NCBI GenBank assembly: GCA_031414955.1
Contig: JANOQV010000031.1
Location: 1-11,221, forward strand
Reading direction: 5' to 3'
Source of the DNA: Pedosphaera sp.
GTDB taxonomy: Bacteria; Verrucomicrobiota; Verrucomicrobiia; Limisphaerales; SIBH01
DNA length: 11,221 nt
Part shown: one piece after another, positions 1-7,619 of the stretch
Numbering within the stretch: position 1 is the first letter of the stretch
How the letters are laid out: every line of letters starts with the position of its first letter
Notes under the pieces: generated by a model
What the model saw: the letters and a program-made list of their open reading frames with translations, nothing else
The model's database searches: none
What the model was told of the DNA's origin: nothing
Made by a program: the position numbers and the translations under genes

Positions 1-1121
1 GGCGGTGGCGCTCGGGGCGGCGGCTTCGGCGGCTCGCGCACGAACTACGTTTATCTGCCCGGCCAGACGCTGGCGCCCGAGGCGATCTATTTTAATCATC
101 GCACCGATGCCGCCAACCTCACGGACAGTTACTTGAAGCACTTTGACGCGGTGGTGCAGGTGTTGCCGGACGCCGAGATCGGCGCGGCCCAGCAGAAGGT
201 GCTCGACGGTTTCAAGAGCGCGGGCAAAGGGCTGATCAAATACACCGATGGCCAGCGTCCTGCGGATGGAATTCTCCGTGAAGCCGTGCTCGGCGCCATC
301 AGCAAGAAGGCGAAGTCAGATTGGGAAGCTTCGCTCGCCGCGCGTCCGTCGTTGGCGCGTCTGCCCGGCGAGGTGCCGAACTACGAGCGCCGAGCCGAGC
401 CGGTGAAATACCAGGCGCCGCTTTCCCCGAAAGACTCCATGCGCTACACGCAGGTGCCGGCGGACTTTGATCTCCAGCTCTTCGCCGCCGAGCCGGACAT
501 CGTGAAGCCCATCTACATGGCTTGGGACGAGCGCGGGCGCGCGTGGGTCGTCGAGGCGCGCGATTATCCGCACGGGCTCGTTCCTGAAGGCGAGCCGGGC
601 CACGACAGCATCAAAATTTGCGAGGACACGGATGGCGATGGCAAGGCCGACAAGTTCACCGTCTTCGCCGACAAGTTGAACCTCGCGACCTCGATGGTGT
701 TCGTGAACGGCGGCATCCTCGTTTCGGAGGCGCGTCACATGCTGTTCCTCAAAGACACCGACGGCGACGGTAAGGCGGATGTCCGTCAGGCCATTCTGCC
801 CGGCTGGGGCACTGGCGACACGCACGCCCAGCAGAGCAATCTCGGACGCGGCTTCGACAACTGGCTCTACGGCGCGGTGGGCACTCGAACTTCCGCGGCA
901 CCGTCGGTGGCAAGGATTTGCAGTTCGGGCAGGGCGTCTATCGCTTCAAGGCCGACGGCTCCGTATTGGAATTTCTCCACCAGTACAACAACAACACCTG
1001 GGGCTTCGGCTTGAACGAACACGGCGACGTCTTCGGCTCGACCGCCAATGGCCACCCGACTTTCTACGGCTACCTTCCGGCCCATATCCTGACCCCGACG
1101 CAGCCCGGTGCCGGTCGGCGC

Positions 1122-1163
1122 GGAGGAGCAGGAGGTGGCGGTGGTGGCGGTGGTGGCGGCGGA
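1122..1163 (+). repeat. Poly-glycine codon tract (GGN repeats) inside the dehydrogenase gene
   Basis: gga gga gca gga ggt ggc ggt ggt ggc ggt ggt ggc ggc gga = GGA followed by 11 Gly. Confidence 0.9.
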
Positions 1164-2528
1164 TTTCGTCCCGGCTTCCGGCTCGATGACAAGCCGGGTG
1201 ACGCACCTGCTGCGTCGACCGTGAATGTTCGCCGGCTTGCCTCCGCCAAGTCGCTTGCGCCCGGCATGAGAATGCATCCCAACACGCCGAACGTTCGCAT
1301 GGTCGATAACTTTGGCGGCTACACGGCTGCGGCGGGACACGCCTTCATGGTCAGCGATGCGTTGCCTCCGCGTCTGCAAGGCAAGGCGCTCGTGACGGAG
1401 CCAACCGCGAAGCTCATCGGCATCATGGACATTCAGCCCGACGGCGCTGGCTACAAGGCCACCGATGGCGGCAATCTCCTCGCCAGCACGGACGAATGGA
1501 TGTCGCCAATCTTCGCCGACGTCGGCCCGGACGGCGCGGTCTGGGTGATCGATTTCTACAGCTTCATCATCCAGCACAATCCGACGCCGAGCGTTCAGTC
1601 CGCCGGCGTCCAGGCCACGACCGGGCGCGGCGGTGCTTACCAGACGGAGAACAACCTGCGTGACAAGACCCACGGTCGCATCTATCGCGTCGTGTGGAAG
1701 GACGGTCCGCGAAGCTCCATCAGATCTCTCGCCAAGACGAAGCCCGCCGAACTCGTGGCGGCGCTCGACAGTGGCAACCAGTTCTGGTGCCTCACCGCCC
1801 AGGGCTTGATCGCGGACAACAAGTTGACGGACGCGGCTCCCGCGTTGAAGAAGCGCGTGCGCTCCGCCGCCGGTGGGAAGGGCGCGATTCACGCCCTTTG
1901 GTCGCTGGAAGGCATCGGCGCGCTCGACAAGGACACGCATCAAGCCGCGCTCCTCGCCAAAGATCCCGCCCTGCGCCGCAACGCCGTTCGTGCGCTGTCG
2001 GCGAATGAAGCCGGACGCCAACTGTTCTTCAGCAGTTCAGTCGTCCAAGATCCCGATCTGATCACGCGTCAGGTCGCGCTGGCGAAGCTCGTGGAGTTCC
2101 CCACCATTCCCGCGATCCAAACGGTCGTCGCCCAGCTCTCCCGCGTCCCCGTCAACAACAGCGACGCGTTCCTGAACGACACGCTCACGTTGCTGGGCCG
2201 CATCCACAAGGTCGCGAACGTCGGAGAGAACGTGGTCACGATCACGGCCGGCGACCCGAAACGTGGGGAGGATCTGTTCCTCAACAGCCCGGTCGCCGCG
2301 TGCGCTTCCTGTCACATGGTGAACGGCAAGGGCGGCGACGTCGGCCCCATCCTGGACGGCATCGCCGTCCGCGCGGACAAGGCCTACATCACGGAAAGCC
2401 TGATGGACCCGAACGCCAAACTTGCCAAAGGATTTGAGAACTTGGGGATTTCGCCCATGCCGCCCCTGGGTGTGCTGCTGAAGGAGCAGGAGACCGCGGA
2501 CATTCTCGCTTATCTCGATGCGCTCAAA

Positions 2529-2585
2529 ACGCCGCCGAAAGATGGCGTGACGGTTCCCGTGAAGAAGGTGAACCCGTACGAATGA
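2529..2585 (+). repeat. Left copy of 57-bp imperfect direct repeat (last 18 codons plus stop of the dehydrogenase gene; attL-like)
   Basis: acgccgccgaaagatggcgtgacggttcccgtgaagaaggtgaacccgtacgaatga matches 7545-7601 at 51/57; perfect 28-bp core 2541-2568 = 7557-7584. Confidence 0.95.
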
Positions 2586-2734
2586 GAATTTCCACGCATT
2601 GGGTTCACTCTGGCCGCTAAGTGAATGGTGAAGTGCAACGACTTCGTGGCGCGTGAGAATCAATTCTTTGGTGAATGTCAATTCAACCGGGGCGCGTGGC
2701 AGTCGGACGGGCGTAACTGAAGTTGCTTGGAAAC

Positions 2735-2773
2735 TCCCGCGAGTTTGCGGAGAAGGGAAACAAGAATTGCGCC
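2735..2773 (+). repeat. Degenerate first copy of thiC-like 3' tail (SREFAEKGNKNCA)
   Basis: 2735-2757 tcccgcgagtttgcggagaaggg versus 2913-2935 tcccgcgagtttgtcgagaaagg: 20/23 identical with a 13-bp perfect run; translates SREFAEKG versus SREFVEKG. Confidence 0.65.
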
Positions 2774-2794
2774 GCCCCGCCCGCCGGATAAACT
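2767..2794 (+). promoter_or_regulatory. Putative sigma70-type promoter (-35 TTGCGC, 16 bp spacer, -10 TAAACT), possibly giving a leaderless transcript from GTG 2802
   Basis: TTGCGC 2767-2772 and TAAACT 2789-2794. An in-frame GTG lies at 2802, about where +1 is expected, with no Shine-Dalgarno upstream. Confidence 0.45.
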
Positions 2795-2801
2795 TCACCC
2801 C

Positions 2802-2960
2802 GTGAACGCAACCATGCCCAAACCCGAAATCGTGACGCACCAAGGCAACCCCGTCTCCGTCAACATTGAACGCGCTGGAGGAGTGGCGTTGAAAAGGGGA
2901 ATGGAAAAAAAGTCCCGCGAGTTTGTCGAGAAAGGCGCGGAGGTTTACGCGAAGGCGTAA
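2802..2960 (+). pseudogene. Chimeric mini-ORF (52 aa): Phd/YefM antitoxin-like N-terminal stub fused to a ThiC-like C-terminal tail
   Basis: MNATMPKPEIVTHQGNPVSV resembles the Phd/YefM strand motif (I-T-R-x-G-K-P-V-x-V), followed by ALKRGMEKKSREFVEKGAEVYAKA*. Alternative ATG at 2814. Confidence 0.5.
2886..2960 (+). pseudogene. thiC: 3'-terminal fragment of phosphomethylpyrimidine synthase ThiC
   Basis: ALKRGMEKKSREFVEKGAEVYAKA* matches my recollection of the ThiC C-terminal helix (GMxxKSxEFxxxGxExY). Only ~24 codons; the CSMCGPxFC cluster motif is absent. Confidence 0.7.
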
Positions 2961-2979
2961 GTCTGACACAATCACCGCA

Positions 2980-3780
2980 ATGCCAACCAGCCAACCATGC
3001 CTCGAAATTTTCGCTGAATGCGTCGAGGCCATTCGCACGAACAAGTTGATTGGTCGCGAGAGCCGTCAGGACAAAGAGTTCCACTTCCAAAACTGGTTCA
3101 AAGCTCGACTCGGCAAGACGGGTTTGCATTTTGAGGCGGGCGGGCGAAACACCTACCCAGATTTCCGGCTAGTTGCTTCGACTGATGGCTTCGAGGTGAA
3201 GGGCTTGGCGTATCCAGGACGCGAGGCCAACTACGACTGCAACAGCCAAGTCCCGTCCGGCAGCCACAACGGACGAACCATCTTCTACATCTTCGGCCGC
3301 TATCCAGCCGAACCGGATGGCGATTCATATCCGGTGCTGGACCTCGTGGTTTGCCACGGAGACTTTCTTAACGCCGACCACGATTACGTTCACAAAAACA
3401 AAAGCGTGAAGGGATTTGGCAGCTGCGGCGACATCATGATTCGCGACCGCAAAATGTATGTCGCTCCCACGCCGTTTGGCCTCACGACTGGCACAGCGCA
3501 CAACCAAACGCTGATTCTTCCCGCCGACTTTCGCATGGACTCCCGTTTTCGTGCGGTCGGGAAACTTGTGCGGCGTGAAGCGCAAAAGCTGATTGTCGGA
3601 TACACATTCGACTTGCGGACGAACACCTTGAAGCCCGAATCGGTGGACAATCCGGCGGCGGGCACGGAGCACAACTTCGTTGCGTATCGACTCAAGGGTT
3701 CAGCGACTGACGCAGTGGCAATGCGTCCGCCGCGCGAAGTCATCGCGGAAGTCGCGGAAGCTGCGGAGGAAGATGAATAG
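2980..3780 (+). CDS. Putative Type II restriction endonuclease, PD-(D/E)XK fold (266 aa)
   Basis: Motif E...YPDF-x7-GFEVKG (PD...ExK). First gene of an operon with two DNA methyltransferases; overlaps the next gene by 8 nt. Start taken at ATG 2980, 19 nt after the upstream stop. Confidence 0.75.
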   Translation: MPTSQPCLEIFAECVEAIRTNKLIGRESRQDKEFHFQNWFKARLGKTGLHFEAGGRNTYPDFRLVASTDGFEVKGLAYPGREANYDCNSQVPSGSHNGRTIFYIFGRYPAEPDGDSYPVLDLVVCHGDFLNADHDYVHKNKSVKGFGSCGDIMIRDRKMYVAPTPFGLTTGTAHNQTLILPADFRMDSRFRAVGKLVRREAQKLIVGYTFDLRTNTLKPESVDNPAAGTEHNFVAYRLKGSATDAVAMRPPREVIAEVAEAAEEDE

Positions 3781-6073
3781 CCAGCATCAATCCAACGGGC
3801 ACTCGCGCGCCCGTCGGCTCATCGAGTCGGATTCGTTTCCTTTTGAGTTCATTTCGCAACTCGCGGAGATGGAGAGTTGGCGCAAGGAAATCCATCGGCC
3901 CATTTACCACATCCACAAATGGTGGGCGAAACGCCTGGGTTCTGTCTTCCGAGGCATCTTGCTCGGCTCGGCTTTGCCAGACTCCGAAAATCTCGTCGAT
4001 GCATTCTACCGGCAGCATGACTTCGCTGGGTTGACTGTGTTCGACCCGTTCATGGGGAGCGGGACGACGATTGGTGAGGCGCACAAACTGGGATTCACGG
4101 CGCTAGGTCGCGACATCAATCCTGTCGCGTGCGAATCGGTTCGGGTTTCACTCGGGCCGCTCGACCGCGATGCGCTGATGAAAGCCTTCAGCCAGTTATC
4201 CGCTGGCGTTGGCGAGCGCATTCGTGCGCTTTACCAAACTGCGGATGCCGAGGGACACGTTTGCGATGCGCTTTACTTTTTTTGGGTCAAGACGCTTCCC
4301 TGTCCGACTTGCTCTGCAAACGTGGATTTGTTTCCGACTTACATTTTCGTGCGAAACGCCTATCCCGACCGCAAGCCAGAAGTCCGCGTGGTCTGCCCCG
4401 AATGCGCTGGGATTTTCGCCGCAAATGTCAACGACGCGCAGAGCCGCTGTCCTCATTGCCGACACGATTTTGATTTGCACTCTGGACCGGCAAGCGGCGC
4501 GTCAGCAACCTGCCAAAAGTGCTGCCACGTCTTTCCCATCGCGAAAACCGCGAAGGCAATTGGTCATCCGCCAGCGCATCGGATGTTCGCCAAACTAGTT
4601 CTCAAAAGTTCCGGTGAAAAACTCTACCTGCCCGTCACTCACAAAGATGAACTGGCCTACCAGCGATGTTCGGAGGAGTTGCGTCGGAGCAAGCTGCCTC
4701 TGCCGACGTTGGAACTGAAGGACGGCTACAACACGCGCCAAGTGCTGAACTACGCTTACGGGTCGTGGCGTGAGTTTTTCAATGACCGCCAATTGCTCGC
4801 GCTTGGTTGGCTGCACGCCGCTATTCTGGAACTGCCCGACGACGCAGCGCGAGCCGCATTGCGCACCGTTTTCTCTGGTGTCTTGGAGTTCAACAACATG
4901 TTCGCTTCCTACAAAGGTGAGGGCACAGGAGCAATCCGGCACATGTTTGCGCACCACATCTTGAAGCCCGAACGAGTCCCGATTGAGGGCAACGTCTGGG
5001 GCACGTCAAAAAGTTCAGGCTCGTTTTCCACTCTGTTCAAGTCACGACTGGTGCGCGCCATTGAATATCACGCAGCGCCGTTTGAACTGGAGATTGAGCG
5101 AACGAATGGTAGCAACAAGGGCAACCGTGTTTTCGGCGGGAGTGCCCCATTCAGCGGACACGTCGAAACGAAGTGGCCGCCGTCGCCGAAGCCAGCATCC
5201 CGAGCCATTTATCTTTCGTGCGGCAGTTCGGCTTCAACAGGTTTGGCCGATGCCAGTGTTGACCTAGTCGTGACCGACCCGCCGTTCTTCGACAACGTGC
5301 ATTATTCGGAACTGGCCGACTTCTTTTTTGCCTGGCAGCAACTCGGTCCGTCTCCGTTTGTCGGCAAGCGAAGCACGACACGCCACATTGAAGAAGTGCA
5401 GGACGTCAGCGCAGAGCAGTTCGCCGCGAAGCTGCGTGCTGTTTTCGCCGAGTGTTGTCGCGTGCTGCGAGAGGACGGTTTGCTCGTTTTCACTTACCAC
5501 CATTCTCGTATGGACGGCTGGACATCATTGGCTGACGCAGTAGTCGGCTCTGGCTTTTCGCTCGTGAATTGTCATCCCGTGAAGTCTGAGATGTCTGTTG
5601 CAGCGCCCAAATCCCAAGCCAAAGAACCAATCCAACTCGACATTGTATTGGTTTGCCGGAAGCAAACTGCCGACATCCGAAAAATGTCTGACACCAAGGT
5701 TGCGTTCCAACGGGCAGTCGAGCGCGCTACATTAAAAACAAGCCGATTGAAGGAGTGTGGCCTTGCGCTTTCCGTCAACGACCGGCGTGTAATTCTCATT
5801 AGCCAATTTCTGGTCGAGACCTGCGCTGGGCGTTCTGCGGACCAGTTATCCGATGTGTTGTCGAGCAGCCTGACTGATTTGGATTTAGCTGCAATGCGAT
5901 TGCTTGAATCGCAAGCAAACCAACCTGCGAAGCCCGGCAAGCGAGAAGATCGGCAGCTTGCTTTGCTCGACAAGAAGAGATCCAAGCGCCCTTCCAAGAT
6001 TGTGAAGGTGATTGCGACGCCCGTAAGTTACCGACGAACTCGACGGCTGTTTCAGAAGAAAGCAGTTTCATGA
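3773..6073 (+). CDS. Adenine-specific DNA methyltransferase with Zn-ribbon insert (COG1743/DUF1156-like, alpha motif order; 766 aa)
   Basis: HKWWAKRLGSVFR N-terminal motif, SAM motif I DPFMGSGTT...DINP, four CxxC (CPTC, CPEC, CPHC, CQKC), FNDRQLL, catalytic VTDPPFFDNVHYSELADFF, RVLREDGLLVFTYHH. ATG 3773 is preceded by GGAGGA. Confidence 0.9.
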   Translation: MNSQHQSNGHSRARRLIESDSFPFEFISQLAEMESWRKEIHRPIYHIHKWWAKRLGSVFRGILLGSALPDSENLVDAFYRQHDFAGLTVFDPFMGSGTTIGEAHKLGFTALGRDINPVACESVRVSLGPLDRDALMKAFSQLSAGVGERIRALYQTADAEGHVCDALYFFWVKTLPCPTCSANVDLFPTYIFVRNAYPDRKPEVRVVCPECAGIFAANVNDAQSRCPHCRHDFDLHSGPASGASATCQKCCHVFPIAKTAKAIGHPPAHRMFAKLVLKSSGEKLYLPVTHKDELAYQRCSEELRRSKLPLPTLELKDGYNTRQVLNYAYGSWREFFNDRQLLALGWLHAAILELPDDAARAALRTVFSGVLEFNNMFASYKGEGTGAIRHMFAHHILKPERVPIEGNVWGTSKSSGSFSTLFKSRLVRAIEYHAAPFELEIERTNGSNKGNRVFGGSAPFSGHVETKWPPSPKPASRAIYLSCGSSASTGLADASVDLVVTDPPFFDNVHYSELADFFFAWQQLGPSPFVGKRSTTRHIEEVQDVSAEQFAAKLRAVFAECCRVLREDGLLVFTYHHSRMDGWTSLADAVVGSGFSLVNCHPVKSEMSVAAPKSQAKEPIQLDIVLVCRKQTADIRKMSDTKVAFQRAVERATLKTSRLKECGLALSVNDRRVILISQFLVETCAGRSADQLSDVLSSSLTDLDLAAMRLLESQANQPAKPGKREDRQLALLDKKRSKRPSKIVKVIATPVSYRRTRRLFQKKAVS

Positions 6074-7308
6074 GCTGCCGCAACGTGGCCAGTGAAGTCC
6101 GTCGTGGCGATTGTCTGGAAGTCGCGCGCAGTCTGGCCGCTGAGTCGGTGGACTTGGTTTATGTTGACCCACCGTTCTTCACTCAGAAGACGCATTCGCT
6201 CGTCACGCGCGACCGTGCAACCAAGTTCGAGTTCAGCGACGAGTGGAAGTCGCGCGTGGAATACATCGAGTTCTTGCGTGTTCGCGTGAAAGAATTCCGC
6301 CGCGTCCTGAAAGCAACCGGCTCGCTGTTCTTCCACTGCGACACGAACGCGTCGCATCACATCCGTTGCCTGCTGGATGATGTGTTTGACGAGGAAATGT
6401 TCCGCTCGGAAATCATCTGGCACTACCGCCGTTGGTCGAATTCGCAGCGCAATCCGATGCCGTCGCACCAGACCATTTTCTTTTACACCAAGGCCGACGC
6501 TTACCAATACCACCAGCTTTTCGGCGACTACTCGCCCTCGACGAACGTGGACCAGATTCTCCAACGCCGTCAGCGCGACGAACACGGTAAAGCTGTCTAT
6601 GCTCGCGATGGGAGCGACAACGTCATTCACGACGGCCACAAGAAAGGCGTGCCCATCGCCGATGTCTGGGACATCCCGCTGCTCAACCCGAAAGCAAAAG
6701 AGCGCGTGGGCTATCCCACGCAGAAACCAATCCTGCTCCTCGAACGCATTATCGGTTTGGTCACGTCCCCGGGCGACTTGGTGCTCGACCCATTCACCGG
6801 CAGCGGCACAACGCTGGTCGCGGCGGAACTGCTCGGTCGCAACTCGCTGGGAATTGATATTGCCGCCGAAGCTGTCCAGTTGGCGAGGCAACGGTTGGTT
6901 GAGCCAGTCAAAACCTCGTCGGAACTGCTTCGGAAAGGCCGCGAATCATACGTCCAGTCTGACGAAGACGCGTTGGCTTACCTGCACGGCCTGCCAATCA
7001 TTCCCGTCCAGCGCAATCGAAGCATGGATGCAATCCTCAAAATTTCACCCGGCGAGAATCCTGTCCTGATTCGGGTTCAGCGGCGCGGAGAGAGTTTGGC
7101 CGACGCTGCCGAGTTGCTTCACAGCGCAGGCCAAGGCAAGCAGCCTGCGACATTGGTTTTGGTTGTTACCGATTCGCGACAACCCGTCGGCTTGTTCAAC
7201 ATGCTGCCGGCGGACGTGCTTTTGGTGAACACAACGGCGAGCGAGTTGATGGAGCGGTTAGCGGATCGAGGCATTGGAAATTTGCCGGGCGCTAGGGGAA
7301 TCCCATGA
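6070..7308 (+). CDS. Site-specific DNA methyltransferase, N6_N4_Mtase family (beta class), with ~130-aa C-terminal extension (412 aa)
   Basis: GDCLE...SVDLVYVDPPF (motif IV) precedes RVLKATGSLFFHCD, DVWDIP, GYPTQKPILLLERII and VLDPFTGSGTTLVAA (motif I). ATGA overlap with the upstream stop at 6070-6073. Confidence 0.93.
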   Translation: MSCRNVASEVRRGDCLEVARSLAAESVDLVYVDPPFFTQKTHSLVTRDRATKFEFSDEWKSRVEYIEFLRVRVKEFRRVLKATGSLFFHCDTNASHHIRCLLDDVFDEEMFRSEIIWHYRRWSNSQRNPMPSHQTIFFYTKADAYQYHQLFGDYSPSTNVDQILQRRQRDEHGKAVYARDGSDNVIHDGHKKGVPIADVWDIPLLNPKAKERVGYPTQKPILLLERIIGLVTSPGDLVLDPFTGSGTTLVAAELLGRNSLGIDIAAEAVQLARQRLVEPVKTSSELLRKGRESYVQSDEDALAYLHGLPIIPVQRNRSMDAILKISPGENPVLIRVQRRGESLADAAELLHSAGQGKQPATLVLVVTDSRQPVGLFNMLPADVLLVNTTASELMERLADRGIGNLPGARGIP

Positions 7309-7397
7309 GCGATCCATTACCCGTTCCAGCCGCCAGCAACACCTTTGGGCGCATCAAGCGGGTCAACGCCGGTGGCCAAGGATCGGGGTCGGCGCGG
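7305..7397 (+). pseudogene. dinD: N-terminal stub of a DinD/BRO-N-like gene
   Basis: ATGA-coupled to the MTase stop, with AGGGGA upstream. MSDPLPVPAASNTFGRIKRVNAGGQGSGSAR resembles the DinD start (FExIKxxxxxGxExWSAR); ggg-tcg-gcg-cgg is one base from W-S-A-R. Similarity is lost after this point. Confidence 0.45.
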
Positions 7398-7544
7398 CTC
7401 CGGCATGCGGAAATTATTTTGGCAATTCCTCCAGTTTGGTTGTCCAAAACCTGTCTTTGGTCGGAAGTATTTCTGTATCCATTACGCATGAGCCCAATTG
7501 TACGCACCGGTTTTCCGATGGCGGCGCTGATTGCCGTTACGGCC

Positions 7545-7601
7545 ACGCCACCGAAGGATGGCGTGACGGTTCCCGTGAAGAAGGCGAACCAGTACGAGTA
7601 A
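7545..7601 (+). repeat. Right copy of 57-bp direct repeat (orphaned 3' end of the dehydrogenase gene; attR-like)
   Basis: acgccaccgaaggatggcgtgacggttcccgtgaagaaggcgaaccagtacgagtaa = TPPKDGVTVPVKKANQYE*. It is followed by gagaattccac (7607-7617), which echoes gagaatttccac (2584-2595). Confidence 0.95.
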
Positions 7602-7619
7602 CCGCAGAGAATTCCACTG

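Larger units (their letters stand above)
1..2585 (+). pseudogene. PVC-type membrane-bound dehydrogenase-domain / heme-binding (CxxCH) protein; 5'-partial, split by a 1-bp frameshift at 882/883 (true pseudogene or sequencing error)
   Basis: Frame 1 is open from base 1 and encodes typical propeller motifs (LFAAEPDIVKPIYMAWDERGRAWVVE, EDTDGDGKADKFTVFAD, KDTDGDGKAD, GFDNWLYGAVG). Frame 3 continues with SNFRGTVGGKDLQFGQGVYRF, NNTWGFGLNEHGDVFGSTANG, GPDGAVWVIDFY, HGRIYRV, HEAT-like helices (IHALWSLEGIG, DPALRRNAVRAL) and a cytochrome c domain (GDPKRGEDLF...CASCH at 2301-2315...VGPILDGI...MPP). Inserting one T after 882 gives GAVG-YSNFRG and fuses the two ORFs. Confidence 0.85.
2586..7601. mobile_element. 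Integrase-less defence islet (restriction-modification cassette) inserted at the 3' end of the dehydrogenase gene
   Basis: Bounded by the gene-end direct repeat. Its content is unrelated to the flanking carbohydrate/redox genes. It has visibly more A/T-ending codons than the flanks (by eye, not computed). No recombinase or transposase ORF is present. Confidence 0.7.

Noticed and set aside
133..1014. Treating 133-1014 and 918-2585 as two separate genes
   Set aside because: Frame 1 is open from base 1 and the domain continues across a one-base frameshift; the TTG starts are artefacts.
2625..2700. Short repeats in the intergenic DNA (gaatcaattc/gaatgtcaattc, ggcgcgtg twice, gaagt...acttc)
   Set aside because: Too short to distinguish from chance; could be operator sites but unsupported.
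2731..2746. Hairpin aaactc-ccgc-gagttt as a terminator
   Set aside because: Weak 6-bp stem with no U-tract; better explained as part of the decayed thiC-like tail.
2586..2800. TPP riboswitch, tRNA or CRISPR array near the thiC-like fragment
   Set aside because: No TPP aptamer core (CUGAGA...CCUGA arrangement), no cloverleaf and no regularly spaced repeats seen; the fragment is a 3' end, not a leader.
867..3044. Long minus-strand ORFs (867-2021, 2037-3044; likewise 316-825, 8965-9636, 10323-11207)
   Set aside because: Antisense shadows of GC-rich, strongly codon-biased + strand genes; no recognisable motifs.
2923..3772. Longer starts for the nuclease (2923) and large MTase (3680)
   Set aside because: They overlap upstream coding sequence; ATG 2980 and SD-preceded ATG 3773 fit better.
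6052..6891. 279-aa minus-strand ORF and 6377-7069 alternative + frame ORF within the beta MTase
   Set aside because: Overlap a clearly motif-bearing gene; no independent coding signal.
2586..7544. Integrase, transposase or BREX/DISARM accessory genes in the islet
   Set aside because: No tyrosine/serine recombinase, DDE, ATPase, helicase or PglZ motifs in any listed ORF.
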